From positions 16,618 through 80,617 of the forward strand of contig CAVPKM010000001.1 of the NCBI GenBank assembly GCA_963705725.1: 64,000 nt of DNA, written 5' to 3'. This document shows positions 19,739-29,473 of this stretch, in pieces (the first letter of the stretch is position 1; each line of letters begins with the position of its first letter). Origin of the DNA: an uncultured Gammaproteobacteria bacterium. Lineage in GTDB: Bacteria > Pseudomonadota > Gammaproteobacteria > UBA6002. The notes under the pieces were generated by a model. It was not told the origin of the DNA and ran no database searches. It saw only the letters and a program-made list of their open reading frames with translations. The translations under genes and the position numbers were made by a program.

Positions 19739-22327
19739 ATGCTTGAGCAACAACCCAGCTTACAATTAATTTGTGAATTCGCGAAACAAAAAAATGTTAT
19801 CGCTCTAAAGGATTATATTAATAAAGAAATTTCTATTAATTTTATGGAGGGTTTATTTTCCCCGGTGATGTTTCTTGCTGTGCAAGAAGAACATGAGGCA
19901 GTAGATTTCTTGATTACTCAATTTAGTGCAAGCATAGATCATGCAGTATTTGGCTATGCGCTGGCTAATAATAAAGAAAAAGTAGATGAGCTGATTGCAG
20001 AGGGAGCGGATAAAAAATTTGCATTATATGGTTATGCATTAATAGGTTCATCCCATGTTGAAAGTTTTCCAAAGCTTGAACTTTATTTTGATATTCCCAA
20101 TAAAATCTTGTCTCAGACTAATTTAGATGAAGCATCTAGAAAAGCATTTCTTGATGATGAACTCACTAAAGAGATGATGAGCATAAAAGTCAAGGGCTGT
20201 GCCTATCGCGGTGATAAAGAAAATGTGGAAAAAATTATTTCGGAAGTATCCGACTGTTTTCCAGAATATGCTACAACGATACGTAATGATGCGGTCTTTG
20301 GCTATGCTTTGAATAATCATATGAAGGAAGCGGGAGAGCTGATTGACCTTGGGGCTAGCAATCTATACGCCCTTAGAGGTCATGCACAAGCAGGTCATGT
20401 AGAACAGGTTAGTGCCCTTATTTATTTTGGTAAAGGCGATAAAAATGAAGCGGCCAGGTGCTATGCAATGACGGGTAAACGAGTACAAGTTGAAAAATTA
20501 CTGAGTGAAGGAGCCAATCAAAATATCGTTGTCGAAGGCTATGCAGAGGGAGGGTATATTAAGGAAGTGAATCAGCTTCTTGTCAAGGGAGCAAATAAAA
20601 ATCACGCTATACGAGGTTATATAAAGGGGAATCATTTGGCTCAAGCCAACGAGTTGGTCGTGCAAGTGGGTGTAGAGTCTGCTTATAGGCAATATCTATC
20701 GTTTGGATCGATAATAAAATCTAGAATTATATCCTTGCTTGCCTCAATTGACGATGAAAAATTACGCGTCCTGGTATTAAAAATTTATCAAAGTAAATAT
20801 AGACCTTCAAAAGAAAAATGTGATTTTTACTGGATCTGCGCTAGTCAATTGAATGGCATTATGAGAGAGGAATATTGCAACTTCAACGATGCAACAATTT
20901 TATGGAAAAGGCTACACAAAAAAAATACTTTAAAAAGAAATTTTAAAAATGTTTGTAAATGGGCAATGGAAAAAAATACAGAAAAATTACAGGCAGTGAT
21001 TAATATAAAATTTTGCATAGATTTTTTTGATGGTTTTTATAGTCCCGTTATGTGGCTTGCGAAACAGCAAGAGAGTGAAGCGGTAGATTTCTTAATAAAT
21101 AAATTTGGCGCAAGTGTGGATGCCGCGATAGCAGGTTATGCGCTGGGTGGCAATGAAGATAAGGTTAACGAGTTACTGGCTGCTGGAGGAAGTCCACTAG
21201 CAGCGTTAAAGGGTTATGCATTTGGCGGATGGCACAATTATTATGCAAAAATTTTACCAGCAATTAAAAATTCCACTCAGTTATTAAAAGATGAGGGGAG
21301 CTGGCGAAATATTCTTATCAAGGCAGCGGCATTCCGTGGTGAGCATGATCGTGTTGGTTGTCTTATTGACGGATCTTTACGGGAGCAATCAAACCCACTT
21401 TCCTGTCATCAAGAGAGCTTAGCGGCAGCTGTCATCGGCTATGCGATGGCAGGTAACACTGATAAAGTTGCCGAGCGAAATAGTACTGGAGCATTTCTAT
21501 TATCAGTGATCAAGAGCTATGTTGAAGCTGGCAATGTAGTGGAGGTCGACAAGCTGTTGATTAGTCAAAATAATATCAACTCCGCGCTTGAGTATTATGC
21601 AATGAGTGGAAATTTTGAGCAAGTTGAGTTACTTATAGAAAAGGGGGGCGATGTCAATCGTGCCGTCCAGGGTTATGCGTGTGGTGGATATATTGAAAAA
21701 GTTAATGGACTTCTCAAGACGAAAAAAAATTATGAGCATGCCATAATTGGTTATGCGCAGGGACATCATATCGCTCAAATCAATCAACTGGCCATTCAGA
21801 ATAACCAAGTAATATTAGCTTGTAATATGTATGCTAAATATAGCTGTTTGATAAACCCGAGAAATATTTTATTTTTATATACTGCTACGACACATTTGAA
21901 TTTACGAGTACATCTGATTAATTCATTTGCAAGTAAACATCCCAATTCAGATATTTCATTATTAAAACAACAATCCAATTGTTTAGAAACGATAATGAAA
22001 AATTGTCAGCTGGGTTTTTATGAGGCAAGACGCTTTTTAAAACCTGAAATTATCACGTGGTTGATACAGGGTTGGACACATTTGGTTAAAAAGAATCCGC
22101 TAATTAAACCTGAAGATTTTTATTACATCACTTCTTTTATTCTCGCCCTTCCCCAAGAATTTATTCAAAGTGCTGCCCCGACAGTAAAATCTTATTTCTT
22201 TAGTCAAAAAGAAAGCTCTTTTTCAGCGCAACGAGGCCTAAAACGTAAGGCAAGTCTCGGACATCATTCGATGTCAACCGGACAGGAAGAATCCAAAAGA
22301 GGCCGTGTTCATTATTCCAAAAAATAA
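19739..22327 (+). CDS. Ankyrin-like short-repeat protein, paralog 1 (candidate Dot/Icm effector)
   Basis: Tandem 26-27 aa repeats A-x-x-GYA-x-(G)G-x4-V-x-x-L-(L)-x-x-GA, an internal two-fold duplication and a basic C-terminal tail. Confidence 0.8.
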   Translation: MLEQQPSLQLICEFAKQKNVIALKDYINKEISINFMEGLFSPVMFLAVQEEHEAVDFLITQFSASIDHAVFGYALANNKEKVDELIAEGADKKFALYGYALIGSSHVESFPKLELYFDIPNKILSQTNLDEASRKAFLDDELTKEMMSIKVKGCAYRGDKENVEKIISEVSDCFPEYATTIRNDAVFGYALNNHMKEAGELIDLGASNLYALRGHAQAGHVEQVSALIYFGKGDKNEAARCYAMTGKRVQVEKLLSEGANQNIVVEGYAEGGYIKEVNQLLVKGANKNHAIRGYIKGNHLAQANELVVQVGVESAYRQYLSFGSIIKSRIISLLASIDDEKLRVLVLKIYQSKYRPSKEKCDFYWICASQLNGIMREEYCNFNDATILWKRLHKKNTLKRNFKNVCKWAMEKNTEKLQAVINIKFCIDFFDGFYSPVMWLAKQQESEAVDFLINKFGASVDAAIAGYALGGNEDKVNELLAAGGSPLAALKGYAFGGWHNYYAKILPAIKNSTQLLKDEGSWRNILIKAAAFRGEHDRVGCLIDGSLREQSNPLSCHQESLAAAVIGYAMAGNTDKVAERNSTGAFLLSVIKSYVEAGNVVEVDKLLISQNNINSALEYYAMSGNFEQVELLIEKGGDVNRAVQGYACGGYIEKVNGLLKTKKNYEHAIIGYAQGHHIAQINQLAIQNNQVILACNMYAKYSCLINPRNILFLYTATTHLNLRVHLINSFASKHPNSDISLLKQQSNCLETIMKNCQLGFYEARRFLKPEIITWLIQGWTHLVKKNPLIKPEDFYYITSFILALPQEFIQSAAPTVKSYFFSQKESSFSAQRGLKRKASLGHHSMSTGQEESKRGRVHYSKK

Positions 22328-22373
22328 AAATCACCCATGTTTGACCATTTTAATTGCAGAGAAGAAAATACTT

Positions 22374-24965
22374 ATGTTTGAGCAACAACCCCCCTTACTA
22401 CTAGTAATTTGTGACCTCGCGAAACAAAAAAATATTGCAGTCCTAAAGGACTATGTCAATAAAATAATTTCTATTAATTTTATGGAGGGATTATTTACTC
22501 CAGTCATGTATCTTGCTCAGCAAGGAGAAGTGGAGGCAGTAGATTTTTTAATTAATAAATTTGATGCAAGCCTAGATCATGCCGTGTTTGGTTATGCTCT
22601 TGCTGATAATAAGGATAAGGTAGATGAGCTGCTTGCTATGGGCGCAAGCCAAAAAAAAGCCTTATTTGGTTATCTGGCAATCGGTTCATCTCATGGTGAA
22701 AGTTTATTACCGTTAAAAATAAATTTTGATATTCCTAATGGCTTTGTCAATTCCACTGATTTAGATGACGCATCTAAAAAACAAATTATCAAACGAGAGT
22801 TGTTTAAAGAAATTAAAGGTCTAAGAGCTAAGGGTTATGCGCACTCCGGTAATAAAGCAATGGTGGAGAAAATTATTGCTGAATCATCTCACTTTTTTAA
22901 GGAAATACGTAATGAAGCGGTTCTTGGTTATGTCCTTAGTGGTCGTATTCAAGAAGCAGGCGAACTTATTCAATTAGGAGCGTCTATTGATTATGCGGTT
23001 AGAGGTTCGATAATAGCAGGGAATGTTACTCTAACTAATACGCTTATTTACTATTGCAGAGGCAGTAAGGATGAAGCGCTGAGATACTTTGCGATGACAG
23101 GGAATCATATGCAAGTTAAAAAATTACTTGAAGAAGGAGTCGATAAAAATATCGCCGTTGAGGGATATGCTGAGGGCGGTTATATTCGAGAAGTGATTCA
23201 GCTTTTTGAAGAGGGAGCGAGTAAGGCGTGTGCGATACGGGGTTATGTCAAAGGTAATCATATCACTCAAGTCAATGAACTTGTTTTGCAGATGGATAAC
23301 GGCAGAATTATTGCTTATGAAGAATATATTAAATTCGGCTCTTTGATAACGAAAAAAGAAATTTTGTTCTTACTCTCAACAACTGATGATGAGCAATTAC
23401 GTATCAATTTGTTAGATTTTTTTCAAAAAAAATATCAATGGTCTTCTGAAAAATTAAATAGCCTGTTGGCAGAGGCTCAGGATTTGGAAACCATTATAAA
23501 AAACCGACACTGTAGCTTTCATGAAGCAAAAGCTGCCACTATGCTGTTAAAAAAACAAGTTAACGGAAACTGGTTTTTTGATAAAGTTTGTCAATTGGCA
23601 ATACAAGGGAATACGCAAGAATTACGACATCTGACAGAGAAAGTTTCTATTAATTTGAGCCGAGGTTTTTATAGACCTATTATGCTGCTTGCAAAGCAAG
23701 GCAATGTCGGGGCAGTAAATTTCTTAATAAATAACTTTGGTGGAAGCCTGGATCTGGCGGTAATGGGTTATGCGCTTGGTGGTAATGAAGAGCAGGTTAA
23801 CGGGCTGCTTGCCGCCGGGGCAGATCCCTTGTTAGCGTTAACTGGGTATGCATTTAGTCCGCTTGACTGTGAAAAGAAAATCACCTCCTTACTTCATTCC
23901 CAGTGTTTAAAAAATGAGGAAGTCTATACAAGCTTACTGATCGAAGGAGCAGCGTTTCATGGTAATTATGTACGCGTCAAGATTCTTGTTAAGGAGTTTC
24001 AAAATAAACCCAATAGACCTGACGGTAATTTATCAAAATTGGTAGCCGCCGCTATCCTGGGCTATGCAATGGGCGGTCATACCGAGATGGTGGCGGCTAT
24101 GCATAATAGCAAAAATAGCAAAGAAATTTTTTTAAACCCAGCTCTTACGGGCTATGCCGTAATGGGTTTGGTCAAGGAAGTAAACAACCTTATTAATGCT
24201 GATAAAGCCAATTTTCAAGATCATATCAATTACGTGATTACCCACTATGCAATGGGCGGCAATTTTAGTGAAGTAAATAACCTGCTTAGTAGAGGGGCGA
24301 GCAAACAGAGTGCCGTTCATGGTTATGCTTGGGGTGGGTATAGTGAAAAAGTTAACGAAATGATTAACATTTCAAATACTTCGGTGGATGATACGATGAT
24401 AAGTTTTGCGATGATGGGTTATGCGAAGGGTGGGCATATCGATCAAATCAATCAATTGGTCACTCGTGGTATTTCTGAAGAGACTGCATGTAATTTTTAT
24501 GTTCAATACAGCACCTTAATCAATCCGAGAAAGATTTTATTCCTGCTTTCTGCCACTAAAAATAATCAATTACGGAAGCGATTAGCTATAGCATTTGAAC
24601 AGCGATATCCCAATACAGATATGAACTTAATACAACAAAAAAACCTTTGCTTAATGAATATTATGAAAAATACTCAGCTCGGGTTTTATGAAGCGAAACT
24701 TTTTCTTAAACCTGAAATCATCATGTGGTTGATACAAGGTTGGAAGTACTTGGTTGAAAAGGATCAGAAAATTAAACCTGAAGATTTTTATTATATCACT
24801 TCTCTGGTTTTATCGGTGAACTATCCAAGCGTTAAGAAGGCTAGAGGTATGGTAAGCACTTATTTTTTTGATGGAATAAGAAACGCTTCTCCTCAACCAT
24901 CAAAACGAAAACGAGATGAGCTAGGGTTAGCGATAGCATTACCCTCAAAAAAAGGTCGTTTATAG
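22374..24965 (+). CDS. Ankyrin-like short-repeat protein, paralog 2 (candidate Dot/Icm effector)
   Basis: Collinear with 19739-22327 from MFEQQP onward, so the start is moved to ATG 22374. Same repeats; ends KRKRDELGLAIALPSKKGRL. Confidence 0.8.
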   Translation: MFEQQPPLLLVICDLAKQKNIAVLKDYVNKIISINFMEGLFTPVMYLAQQGEVEAVDFLINKFDASLDHAVFGYALADNKDKVDELLAMGASQKKALFGYLAIGSSHGESLLPLKINFDIPNGFVNSTDLDDASKKQIIKRELFKEIKGLRAKGYAHSGNKAMVEKIIAESSHFFKEIRNEAVLGYVLSGRIQEAGELIQLGASIDYAVRGSIIAGNVTLTNTLIYYCRGSKDEALRYFAMTGNHMQVKKLLEEGVDKNIAVEGYAEGGYIREVIQLFEEGASKACAIRGYVKGNHITQVNELVLQMDNGRIIAYEEYIKFGSLITKKEILFLLSTTDDEQLRINLLDFFQKKYQWSSEKLNSLLAEAQDLETIIKNRHCSFHEAKAATMLLKKQVNGNWFFDKVCQLAIQGNTQELRHLTEKVSINLSRGFYRPIMLLAKQGNVGAVNFLINNFGGSLDLAVMGYALGGNEEQVNGLLAAGADPLLALTGYAFSPLDCEKKITSLLHSQCLKNEEVYTSLLIEGAAFHGNYVRVKILVKEFQNKPNRPDGNLSKLVAAAILGYAMGGHTEMVAAMHNSKNSKEIFLNPALTGYAVMGLVKEVNNLINADKANFQDHINYVITHYAMGGNFSEVNNLLSRGASKQSAVHGYAWGGYSEKVNEMINISNTSVDDTMISFAMMGYAKGGHIDQINQLVTRGISEETACNFYVQYSTLINPRKILFLLSATKNNQLRKRLAIAFEQRYPNTDMNLIQQKNLCLMNIMKNTQLGFYEAKLFLKPEIIMWLIQGWKYLVEKDQKIKPEDFYYITSLVLSVNYPSVKKARGMVSTYFFDGIRNASPQPSKRKRDELGLAIALPSKKGRL

Positions 24966-24993
24966 AACCATCCCATTAGGACAAAAAATAGTT

Positions 24994-25137
24994 ATGTTTG
25001 AAAATGCGCCGTCCCTGCGACAAATTTGTCAATTTGCAATCCAAAAAAATACTGAATTACTAAAGATAATTATCAACGAAAAGGTTTCTATTAATTTTTT
25101 TGAAGGTTTATTTTCGCCCGTAAAGAGCCGTATGTAA
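24994..25137 (+). pseudogene. Truncated third paralog of the ankyrin-like repeat genes
   Basis: MFENAPSLRQICQFAIQKNTELLKIIINEKVSINFFEGLFSPV aligns to the first 43 aa of both paralogs, then KSRM-stop. Confidence 0.85.
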
Positions 25138-25249
25138 GGAACTACTTTTATTTTATCGTTCCAATTGCTTTAAAGAATAAATCACTACAGAATAACCGGG
25201 CTCAATCCTGGGCCGGTGCTATACGAAGTGAAAAAGGGAAATTTTTTTT

Positions 25250-26586
25250 ATGGATAATCAATCACCTTTATTTTCTATTGTCATTCCCACTCGCAATCGC
25301 GCTCATCTTTTGCCCTTTGCACTAAAAAGTGCATTATCACAACAGTTTGACGATTTTGAAATTGTGGTGATGGCAAATCATTGTCAAGATAATACCCGAG
25401 AGGTGGTGGCTTCATTCAAAGATTCTCGAATTCGTTATTATGAAACAAACAAAGTATTAACTATGCCTGAGAATTGGGAATTTGCTTGGACTAAGGCAAG
25501 GGGAGAATATATTACCTATTTGCCAGATGACGATGCCATTAACCCTTCTGCGCTTCGTATGTTGGCTGATCAAACGCTAAGCGGCAATCCAGAATTAGTG
25601 AGTTGGGAAGATGCCAATTATTATTATCCCAATTGGAATGACGTCAAGATGCAAAATGTCTTGTTGCTATTTAATTTTGGAGAGCAGTTAGTTGAAGATA
25701 TTTGCCCTACTTTTTACCAAAAGCAATTGACAGAATTTGATTTTGCTTGGAGTTCCCCCTTACCAAAATTATTAAATTGCATTGCCAAACGTTCATTTTT
25801 CGAAAGTTGGCGTGAACGCTTAGGCCTGTTGTTTTTTCCTATCGCACCAGATTATTCTTTTGCATGGATCGCCACTTCTGTTTGTTCAAATATCCGGGTG
25901 ATCCATCGACCTCTGACAATTCGAGGAATTTCTGATAATAGCATTGGATCTAATGCCGGGCTTGGAGAAGCGAGTAAACGATTTTTTTAGAATTTGGACA
26001 TTTTGATTTTTTTGCTGAAACGAAATTAGATTTGCCGCTTTCTTTGAATCATTTAGCTGCGACATTTTTGCGGGTTAGGCAGGCACTTGAAAAACAAGGA
26101 TTGCCACAGAAAATGGTTAATCAAGATGCCTTTATCAAGGGACTGATTAATCAATTATTAGAATGCAAATCCCTCATGCCACAATGGAAAGACCATGTAG
26201 CTATCTTAAAAAAATACGCAAAAAATCGTTCTCCTGAAATTTACAAAGAAGTTTGTCAAATTATCAAACGCAAAAAAGAAAATAAAATACCGGCAGAAAC
26301 ATTGCGCGAAATGCACCGTCGTACTTTAAGAATAGGGAGTGAAAATATTGAAGCCTTGGTAAATCAAGTTAGCAATCACGAGAATGACTTAGAATGCGCA
26401 ACCTGCTTTTTGGCGAAAAAGCAGGAACTATTCGTTGAGCCCAGTTGGTCTTATTTATATTTGTTCGGTGAAGCGATGAATTGCTATGATCCTTATGCAA
26501 TGAGCCAACGTGTCGATCATTATTATGACTTGATGTTAGATTGCAAGGCAAAACAAGAACGCACTAAGCAAGCAGCGCTTGTATAG
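25250..26586 (+). CDS. GT2 glycosyltransferase with C-terminal extension, split at a T-homopolymer near 25985
   Basis: FSIVIPTRNR, ALSQQFDDFEIVV and YLPDDD motifs. Adding one T to the run at 25982-25988 joins the ORF to 26032-26586. Confidence 0.8.
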
Positions 26587-26649
26587 TTATCGTGGATCTT
26601 TATTTTGCTGTCGAGGTACTGATAGAGCAGAGTCTTATAAGAAAGAGAA

Positions 26650-27113
26650 GTGTCTAGCGGAGGTGTCGTCGTGTCTACAAATAATCATGAAAGCTATAAC
26701 AAAGTTTTTTATGCATGGGCATTACATAATGCAGCGCTGATCAGGCAAGGCAAATTTTCTGAGGTGGATATTGAACATGTTGCAGAAGAAATAGCAAGCA
26801 TGGGTAAAAGTGAAAAACGGGAACTTATTAACAGGTTGGCTATTTGAATGGCTCATTTGTTGAGATGGAAATTCCAGCCGATCAGAAGAAGCAAAAGTTG
26901 GTCGTTAACCATAAAAAATCAACGAATAGAACTAATCGATCTCTTGGAAGAAAGCCCAAGCTCTAACAAAGAGCCGAGTCAAAATTCAACCATGTGTATG
27001 AAAAAGCAATTGTAATAGCAGCAGAGCAAACTGGGATCGATGAAAAAAATTTTCCACCGCAGCCCCCTTTTGATCTTAAAAATTGTTTAGATAAATCATT
27101 CTTACCCAATTGA
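26650..27113 (+). pseudogene. DUF29 family gene with an in-frame stop and a frameshift
   Basis: FYAW..D.EHVAEEIASMGKSEKREL..L, then TGA (26845-26847), then MAHLLRWKFQP..RSKSW..TI..QR..L.ESPS, then in another frame A.EQTG..FP..PF..LD..FLP. Confidence 0.8.
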
Positions 27114-27117
27114 TTAC

Positions 27118-27292
27118 ATAACTATATAGCACAAATGCTAGAAGCCGCTAAACGTTCAGATTTGAGCCATATTTGAACGAAAAAACGCGCTGAAAAAGCG
27201 CAGCATATATAAAATATGCCAGCAGTTTTCAGCGGGTTTTTCGTTCAAAGATGGCCAAATATGGACGTTTCAACCCTGTGCTGAATAGTTAC
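27118..27292 (-). repeat. Full-length ~175-bp palindromic element (copy A)
   Basis: Terminal inverted repeats match at 12/15 (ATAACTATATAGCAC / GTGCTGAATAGTTAC). A ~24-bp internal stem pairs 27172-27196 with 27226-27249. Homologous to 34549-34720. Confidence 0.85.
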
Positions 27293-28051
27293 ACGCGTTT
27301 TCAAACAGCCTGAATGGTTATAGCTAATGTTTTTTGAAAGCTCACTTTCATTAAATAACCAGTTTGGTTGTTCTAAAATAAAATCATTCCTATTTTTTAG
27401 AAAATCCAGCGCAGCTTTAGCTGGATTATCCAATTTCCAATTAGCATTACCTCGAGGTACATCATGCAAGTCGATCATGACACCATCCATTACAACTAAG
27501 TAGGAGCCAGTGGAAACAAACTGTGAATAGATGGCTAGCTCCTTGCTGACATGATCATAAGAATGATTTGAATCTAAAAGAACCAAAACTTTTTCTTCTG
27601 GTTGAATTAGGGCGCTCACTTTTTTATGAACCGCCTCTCAACAGCATCGCCTTCTATTAGCGTAATATAAGCACTTAAAGCATGGTTTTCGATTCTTTGT
27701 TTATTCTTTTCATGAATTTTGCAATCAATTCCTACAACCCGTCCTTGTCCCAGGACGTGACAAAGTGAAGCATAAAAAATTAACGAACCGCCTGCGCAAC
27801 CCCTGTTTCGATAATTAAATCGGGTTTAATGCGATAGATTAGTTCTTGGATACGACAAATGTCTTCAGGCAATTGAATAATCGGACAGCCGAGCCAGGTG
27901 AATGTATAAGAATATTTTTGATTCCAACCCAGTTTTAACCAGTGATGTGAAAGTAGCTCTAACGCTTCTTTGGTATATAGGTCATGCGACTCTGTTGAGT
28001 TGCGATTTATATTGTCAAAGTGTTTGATTCCATATCCATAATAAGTTTCAT
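27245..28051 (-). CDS. CmcI (cephalosporin hydroxylase-like) sugar O-methyltransferase, with several frameshifts
   Basis: Manual minus-strand translation gives KYSYTFTWLGCPIIQLPED..IQELIYRIKPDLIIETGVA / GGSLIFYAS..RVVGID / VLVLLDSNHSYDHV..EL. Confidence 0.82.
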
Positions 28052-28061
28052 TTTGCTTTCC

Positions 28062-28970
28062 TTAGTTAGAATTATTTATCGATGACCAGTAAAGGTAAGA
28101 ACTTTCTATACCATTTTCAAATGTTATTTGTTTAGCAAGATTCAATTGCTGAAGCCTGATATCAGGAATGAGTCTATCTGTTTTTTTAGCATTATCTGTT
28201 TTGGAAGGCGGAGCTAAATCTTTAAAAAACATAGCATGTACTTGGTCGGCAATATCACCGAGTGTCATAGGATTTCCCGCGCCAATGTTGATGACACCCC
28301 GGTAATCATTATCTAAAAGTTGAATTAAATACTGTGCAAGGCAATCTACATAAAGATAATCTCTTAACGCATTGGGATGAGAAATCAAAGGGGTGGATTT
28401 TTTTAAATAAGTTTGAAAAATTTCAGGCAGAAACCGAGTGGCGTATTCATAAGGTCCAAATAAATGAAATAAACGCGCCCAACAAAAAGGGGAAAAATGC
28501 TTTTCTTTTCGCATTAGAAGTAACTGATTGAGCGTTTCCAGCTTACATTGACCGTATAATGAAACAGGATTAAGCGGCGTTGTCTTCTCGTCGCAGACCT
28601 CAGCTCCATTTGCATATTCAGCACAGCTGCCAATAAAAATAGCTTTTAGACCCCCATTGATACTGAATTGTTGGTAAAGATTGAGTGTTGCTGTGATGAA
28701 ATTTCGATTAATAGGTGCAGTCCAAAAAAATGGGTGATCGACAATCCAGGCAAGATGAATTAAATAATGAGGGCGTAATTGATTAATTAATTTATTGATT
28801 TGCATGCGATCGAGCACGTCGCAAGCATGCCACGTCACTGCTTTATTATTAATTTGTCGCTGATGGTAGAGAGCATGCGTTTCATAATTCAACCGCGTTA
28901 ATTGATTTAAGCAGGCACGACCAATAAAACCCGTTGCCCCCGTAATCAGTAATCTTAATTTACTAGTCAT
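28062..28970 (-). CDS. NAD-dependent epimerase/dehydratase (probable 4-ketoreductase)
   Basis: TGATGFIG, HLAW, GSCAEY and YGQCK (YxxxK) motifs. Confidence 0.88.
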   Translation of the reverse strand: MTSKLRLLITGATGFIGRACLNQLTRLNYETHALYHQRQINNKAVTWHACDVLDRMQINKLINQLRPHYLIHLAWIVDHPFFWTAPINRNFITATLNLYQQFSINGGLKAIFIGSCAEYANGAEVCDEKTTPLNPVSLYGQCKLETLNQLLLMRKEKHFSPFCWARLFHLFGPYEYATRFLPEIFQTYLKKSTPLISHPNALRDYLYVDCLAQYLIQLLDNDYRGVINIGAGNPMTLGDIADQVHAMFFKDLAPPSKTDNAKKTDRLIPDIRLQQLNLAKQITFENGIESSYLYWSSINNSN

Positions 28971-29452
28971 TGGTGTGGCCAGGGTGGAAGATCAAATTCT
29001 TTGCTGAAAGGCGAAAGCTCACGCGCAGATTCAGGGTGATAAAATTGATCCATCATGTAAAACACTTCTGTTGAATCCTCAAGCACTTGATAACCATGAG
29101 CAAAATCTTTTGGAATGTAAAGCATGCGATGGTTATTGGCGCTGAGTGTGATGCCATAACCCTGACAATAAGTAGGGGAATTTGGTCTAAGGTCGACAAT
29201 CACATCGAAAATATTTCCTTGAGTGCAACGAACAAGCTTGGTTTCTTGAAAAGGCTCAGCTTGAAAGTGTAATCCTCGAATCAAACCTTTATGAAGATTA
29301 AATGCAGTACTGCATTGTACAAAATTTGCGACTAAACCTTTTTCTGCAAAAACAGTCGTGCAAAAAGTTCGCGCAAAATAACCGCGTGTATCTTGTTTTA
29401 ATTCCAGATTAATCAGGTAGGCGCCTTTTAACGGTAATTCAATAAATTTCAT
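28967..29452 (-). CDS. rfbC: NDP-4-keto-6-deoxyhexose 3,5-epimerase
   Basis: D-x-RGYF, RGLHFQ, KLVRC, DVIVDLR and FAHGY motifs. Confidence 0.9.
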   Translation of the reverse strand: MKFIELPLKGAYLINLELKQDTRGYFARTFCTTVFAEKGLVANFVQCSTAFNLHKGLIRGLHFQAEPFQETKLVRCTQGNIFDVIVDLRPNSPTYCQGYGITLSANNHRMLYIPKDFAHGYQVLEDSTEVFYMMDQFYHPESARELSPFSKEFDLPPWPHQ

Positions 29453-29473
29453 AAGAGTGATAATTTTGAACTG

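Noticed and set aside
25195-25217. ops/JUMPstart element before the GT2 gene
   Set aside because: A hairpin exists, but the GGCGGTAG ops core is absent.
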